Assembly: GCF_004010195.1 (NCBI RefSeq)
Contig: NC_057718.1
Location: 49,253,239-49,317,238 of the forward strand
From: Chiloscyllium plagiosum
Lineage: Eukaryota
Length of the DNA: 64,000 nucleotides
Reading direction: 5' to 3'
The position numbers and the translations under genes are program-made. The notes under the pieces are model-generated. The model was not told the origin of the DNA. It did no database searches and saw nothing but the letters and a program-made list of their open reading frames with translations. This document shows positions 60,311-64,000 of this stretch, one piece after another (position 1 is the stretch's first letter; each line of letters starts with the position of its first letter).

Positions 60311-63300
60311 CTGGCACTAAGTCTGAAGACTTGTGTTCCAAAATTAGCCTCATTCCTAGCCAAGCTGTTCCAATATAGTTAGAAAATGGCCTGCATTTGG
60401 CAATGTTAAAATAGTACAAGTACATCCTCGCTAATAAACCAGCACAAATACAATCCAACCAAATACTGCCCTGTAATTCAATTTTCCCAAACGTCTCATA
60501 ATAGCTGATATCAGGGCCTGAGAACATGACACCCCTCATGTTTGTCCTGATGAGCACAAGAAGAAAAGCATCATGTTTCTGTTTGCAGCCGGGATATTAC
60601 TGAACAATATTTGAAAACAAGTCACGTAAAGAAAATACAGGGAGAGATTATGGTCAAAAAAGATAGTTTTTAAGGTGGTGAAATTTAGGAAGGGAACTCC
60701 AGTGATTTGGGTCAAGGCAGCAGAAATCACAAGAGCCATTGGTAGCGCGATAAAAATTGGAAGTGCACAGAGAATGTGAAGGTTGAAAGTTATTTAAAAT
60801 CCTGGAGACAGTCCGGAGTACGCAGCAAAAAAAAGTTACTCGTGCACTGCAATATTTGGAACATTATGGGTTGTCAACAGGACAAGATTGGTTTGCAACT
60901 TTCTGATGGCTGTGAAAATGCCAAGATTGGAAATTGTTAAATCGCAGAGATCAGAATTAATAAAAAAGTGAAAATTTCTGCTGTCTTATTTCTGGTAGCA
61001 CTTAATTTTCTTACAGATTTCCCCTTTGTGGAATTAGATGCTAAAGAAATATGTAAAGAATGTAAATGGAGTGTCCTTCAGGCTTTAACTGCATTCCACA
61101 GATTTGGTGCTAAAGATGATATATGGTAGTGTCATAAACAATAAATTTTGAGCATGCTTTCTCCTCAATATCATTCATGTATGACAGCACAGCAGCATGA
61201 AGCAGTATAAAAATTTGAATTATAAATCATGCTGGTAAATAACTCACTCTTAATATTCAAAAGATGTAAATGGAAGTATGACTTAGAAGTTAGATTTTAC
61301 ATAATCTGTCACTGATTCTCAGTGAATATCTAGTGACAAATGCAACAGTACAACCGAAGTGAAAAAATATTTTATTTGTTTGATTACTTGTAATCATTTC
61401 AAATAAATTAGTATTTGAACTGTAAATTTCTAAAGTCCATACTTTAAACTTTTTAAAATTTAAATGCTCTCCAAACCATGTCTTTAGCATTTCTAATAAA
61501 TCTGCTGTAATTAATATATCAGACATTAATGCATTGATTTTGGCATATTTTTGTTGTATAATTAGCAATGACATCTATATGTGGCAGAAAAGTGGAACAT
61601 AAACCACTTTAACCATAAAATTGCAATGAAGCTGCTGCATGCTTCACTGGTGTTACCACATGGACAAAGCATCTTTGAAGTAGCCAGCATTGAAATCAGA
61701 AATCACGCCCTTGTTAATCAACCCCAGAGCCTGGACATGGTGCAACAGTCCTTCAGTTATCCTTTTCTGAGTGACTGTACTTGAGCTCTAAACCGTACCA
61801 TTCAGAGATATACACAACCTTTTCCACTACTTCCATTAGGAAGGTGGCACATTCTCATCCATTGCTTATTTTTCTTGTTCTAGCGAATCATCTATTGTCA
61901 ATCCTGATTAATCATATATATATTTCTTTTGTTTGAATAAGTATAAGCTAGTACATGGGAGAGAGAGTTACATGTACATTATATATATAAAATGCCTTAG
62001 ATACTTCAAAAAACATTCTAGTTAATGAAATACCTTTGAAGTAAAGCCAAGTTGCTGTAAAGTTGGGAATTCAGCAGGCAATTTATGTCCATTTTGTCAT
62101 CAAAGTAAAAATTGCACAGTTGTCTCTGTGGAACTCTAGAGCACTTTTCCTTCTCCCCATTTACTTTATCTTGTGCATTAAGCTGGTGTTGCTTCCTGAA
62201 TATTGAGATACCTGTTTGGTGTATCTCAGACTCAGGGTGTCTGTACATACATTGCTTACTCTTTAGAACTTCGTTGACTATTAATGTACTGTAATGTTAC
62301 TTTATTTCAACTGTACATGGTGGATTATCAAATGCACTACTCTAATGTGATGTCCAAGAACTCTTTCTGTACACACTCATTCTAGACGAATGGCTTCAAT
62401 TTTATTAAAGTCAAATTATATCATCAGCTACGTCATCATTATTTACATGAATGTCATGACCCCACAGCTTCCAGCATGCTGGTCCTGCTCCTTTCTGGAA
62501 TATGATTCATGAAACAGTCTTTTGGTATCTTTGTGAAATGGCTTGTTTCCTCATTCAAAGTTGAGCTTGACTCCAATCTCCAGTTAGGGGCTACTTCCCC
62601 TTCCTAACCTAAAGGCACAGCCAACATGTTCACTGAACTTAGCTAACATACTACGGTTCAAATTGGAGAGATGGCTAGACAGATTGTCTAGACAGATTGT
62701 CTAGTCTGCTTCTGTTAAACACTGACTGAAGAAACTGTAAAGTATCATTAAAATAAAACTAGTGTGGAATCATTTGCCGTGGTATTGTCAGGTAAAGTAA
62801 GATTTGTCACACAGGTTAAAAATGGTTATGTAGTTTGGACATTATATAATCATTCAGAATGAAATATATCAAAATAGATTACATTATCAATCCACAAGCA
62901 TGGGTTTCGCAGTTCATGCATGAAAAATGGAAGAAGTTATTTAAACTCAACAGTGGTTTATAGTTCATTTTTAGCATAAATTACAATTGCCATTGTTAAA
63001 TGCACCATCCACTTCCATCTTTCAAATGCAGACAATCTTGCAGAAATGCCTAAACTGAAATATTTTAAATAAAGACATGAGTATACTTAAACAATAATCA
63101 ATGTAGATTGCTTTCAGGTCAAAAATTGTTCAAGATTCAGATGTATTAGTAATTCCACAGGCAATACATAAATATGTTTAATATACACTAACATCACAGG
63201 TTAAGTTATGTATGAGTACGTACATTTCATGTGTTGAGTGCTCCTTTCACACCGAAGCTCTCTATAATATATGTAGTTGGAAAAAATGTTAATTGAGACC

Positions 63301-64000
63301 ATGTTTAGGTTAAAATATCTAAGATCAGTATGCTCAAGACATGTCAGGGAAGATTGAGCTAGCATAAAAGAAAGCACTGATTCTTGATTTCAATATAAGA
63401 TGTAGCAAGGAGGGTACAGGACTGAATTTCTAAAGTCTTGAGGATCATGGGATTTCTGTATAAGTTGTATATGTGATACGTATGTGTCATTTCTTTTTAT
63501 GTATTGACACACTCAGTAAGATAAATCTTGATTGGCATTCTGGATACCTGTATTACTGTGGATCAGAAATGCAGATGTGCTTTAAAGTCATTGATTTTTT
63601 TCTAGTAATGGTGTGTTTCTCCTTTTGCTGAGTAATGAACTGAATTCAATATCACACGCTTCCAATGAAGAAAAAAATACTGACAAGTATTTATAATCTT
63701 AATGGACATATCACAGGCTTTCAGGTTTCTTAAGGGCTTGAAGCCCGTTCCCAGGGAACATCAACGCAAACTGCTGTGGAGGTGGAAGAAAGAAAAGGAC
63801 AAAGACATTGGAAATGAAGGCTTTCTGTTAGAACGGTGCTGCTGCCAATATAGAGGACTCTTGTCAGAGCACATCACTTTTCCTCAAAAGTGGCTGTGAG
63901 CAAGAGAAAGGTTTGTCATTATCTATTACTATTCATAGCCATACAAAGCTCTGTTGTTTGCATCCTGACTTGCATCAAGTTCCAATCATTCACTTCCCTC

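Noticed and set aside
62675..62705. Tandem ctagacagattgt duplication with palindromic character
   Set aside because: Only two units; a simple slippage duplication, not an array.
63702..63899. 65-aa ORF
   Set aside because: No recognisable domain or splice context; length expected by chance.
1..64000. CRISPR array, prokaryotic operon or endogenous non-retroviral virus
   Set aside because: No regularly spaced repeat-spacer units and no long intact ORFs; the sequence is eukaryotic repeat-rich DNA.

Overview
Repeat-dense, AT-rich vertebrate non-coding DNA with no recognisable host protein-coding exon, rRNA, genuine tRNA gene or CRISPR array. There is one assembly gap (N, 1072-1826). The repeat content (HE1-type V-SINEs with (TAATC)n tails, CR1 LINEs, Rex1/Babar LINEs, Deu-type SINEs) points to a shark or other cartilaginous-fish genome (inference). 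Every long ORF I can interpret is a retroelement fragment. The most interesting signal is a dense set of short Penelope-like-element (PLE) insertions from at least five sequence families. Most are flanked by 7-16 bp target-site duplications, several are fold-back palindromes, and many carry a minimal type I hammerhead ribozyme (CUGANGA-A-stem II-GAAA-palindromic stem III-UH). One insertion starts at the predicted cleavage site, and a 307-bp zero-spacer palindrome carries the same core substitution in both ribozyme copies. Hammerheads in PLEs are established in general; whether these families are described cannot be judged here. A second system is an apparently ORF1-less LINE with a tRNA-like Pol III head, whose head and tail alone make up the window's abundant ~350-bp SINE. 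Also present are a Gypsy pol relic, PIF/Harbinger-like Myb/SANT relics, a Tigger-like MITE and a candidate developmental enhancer.
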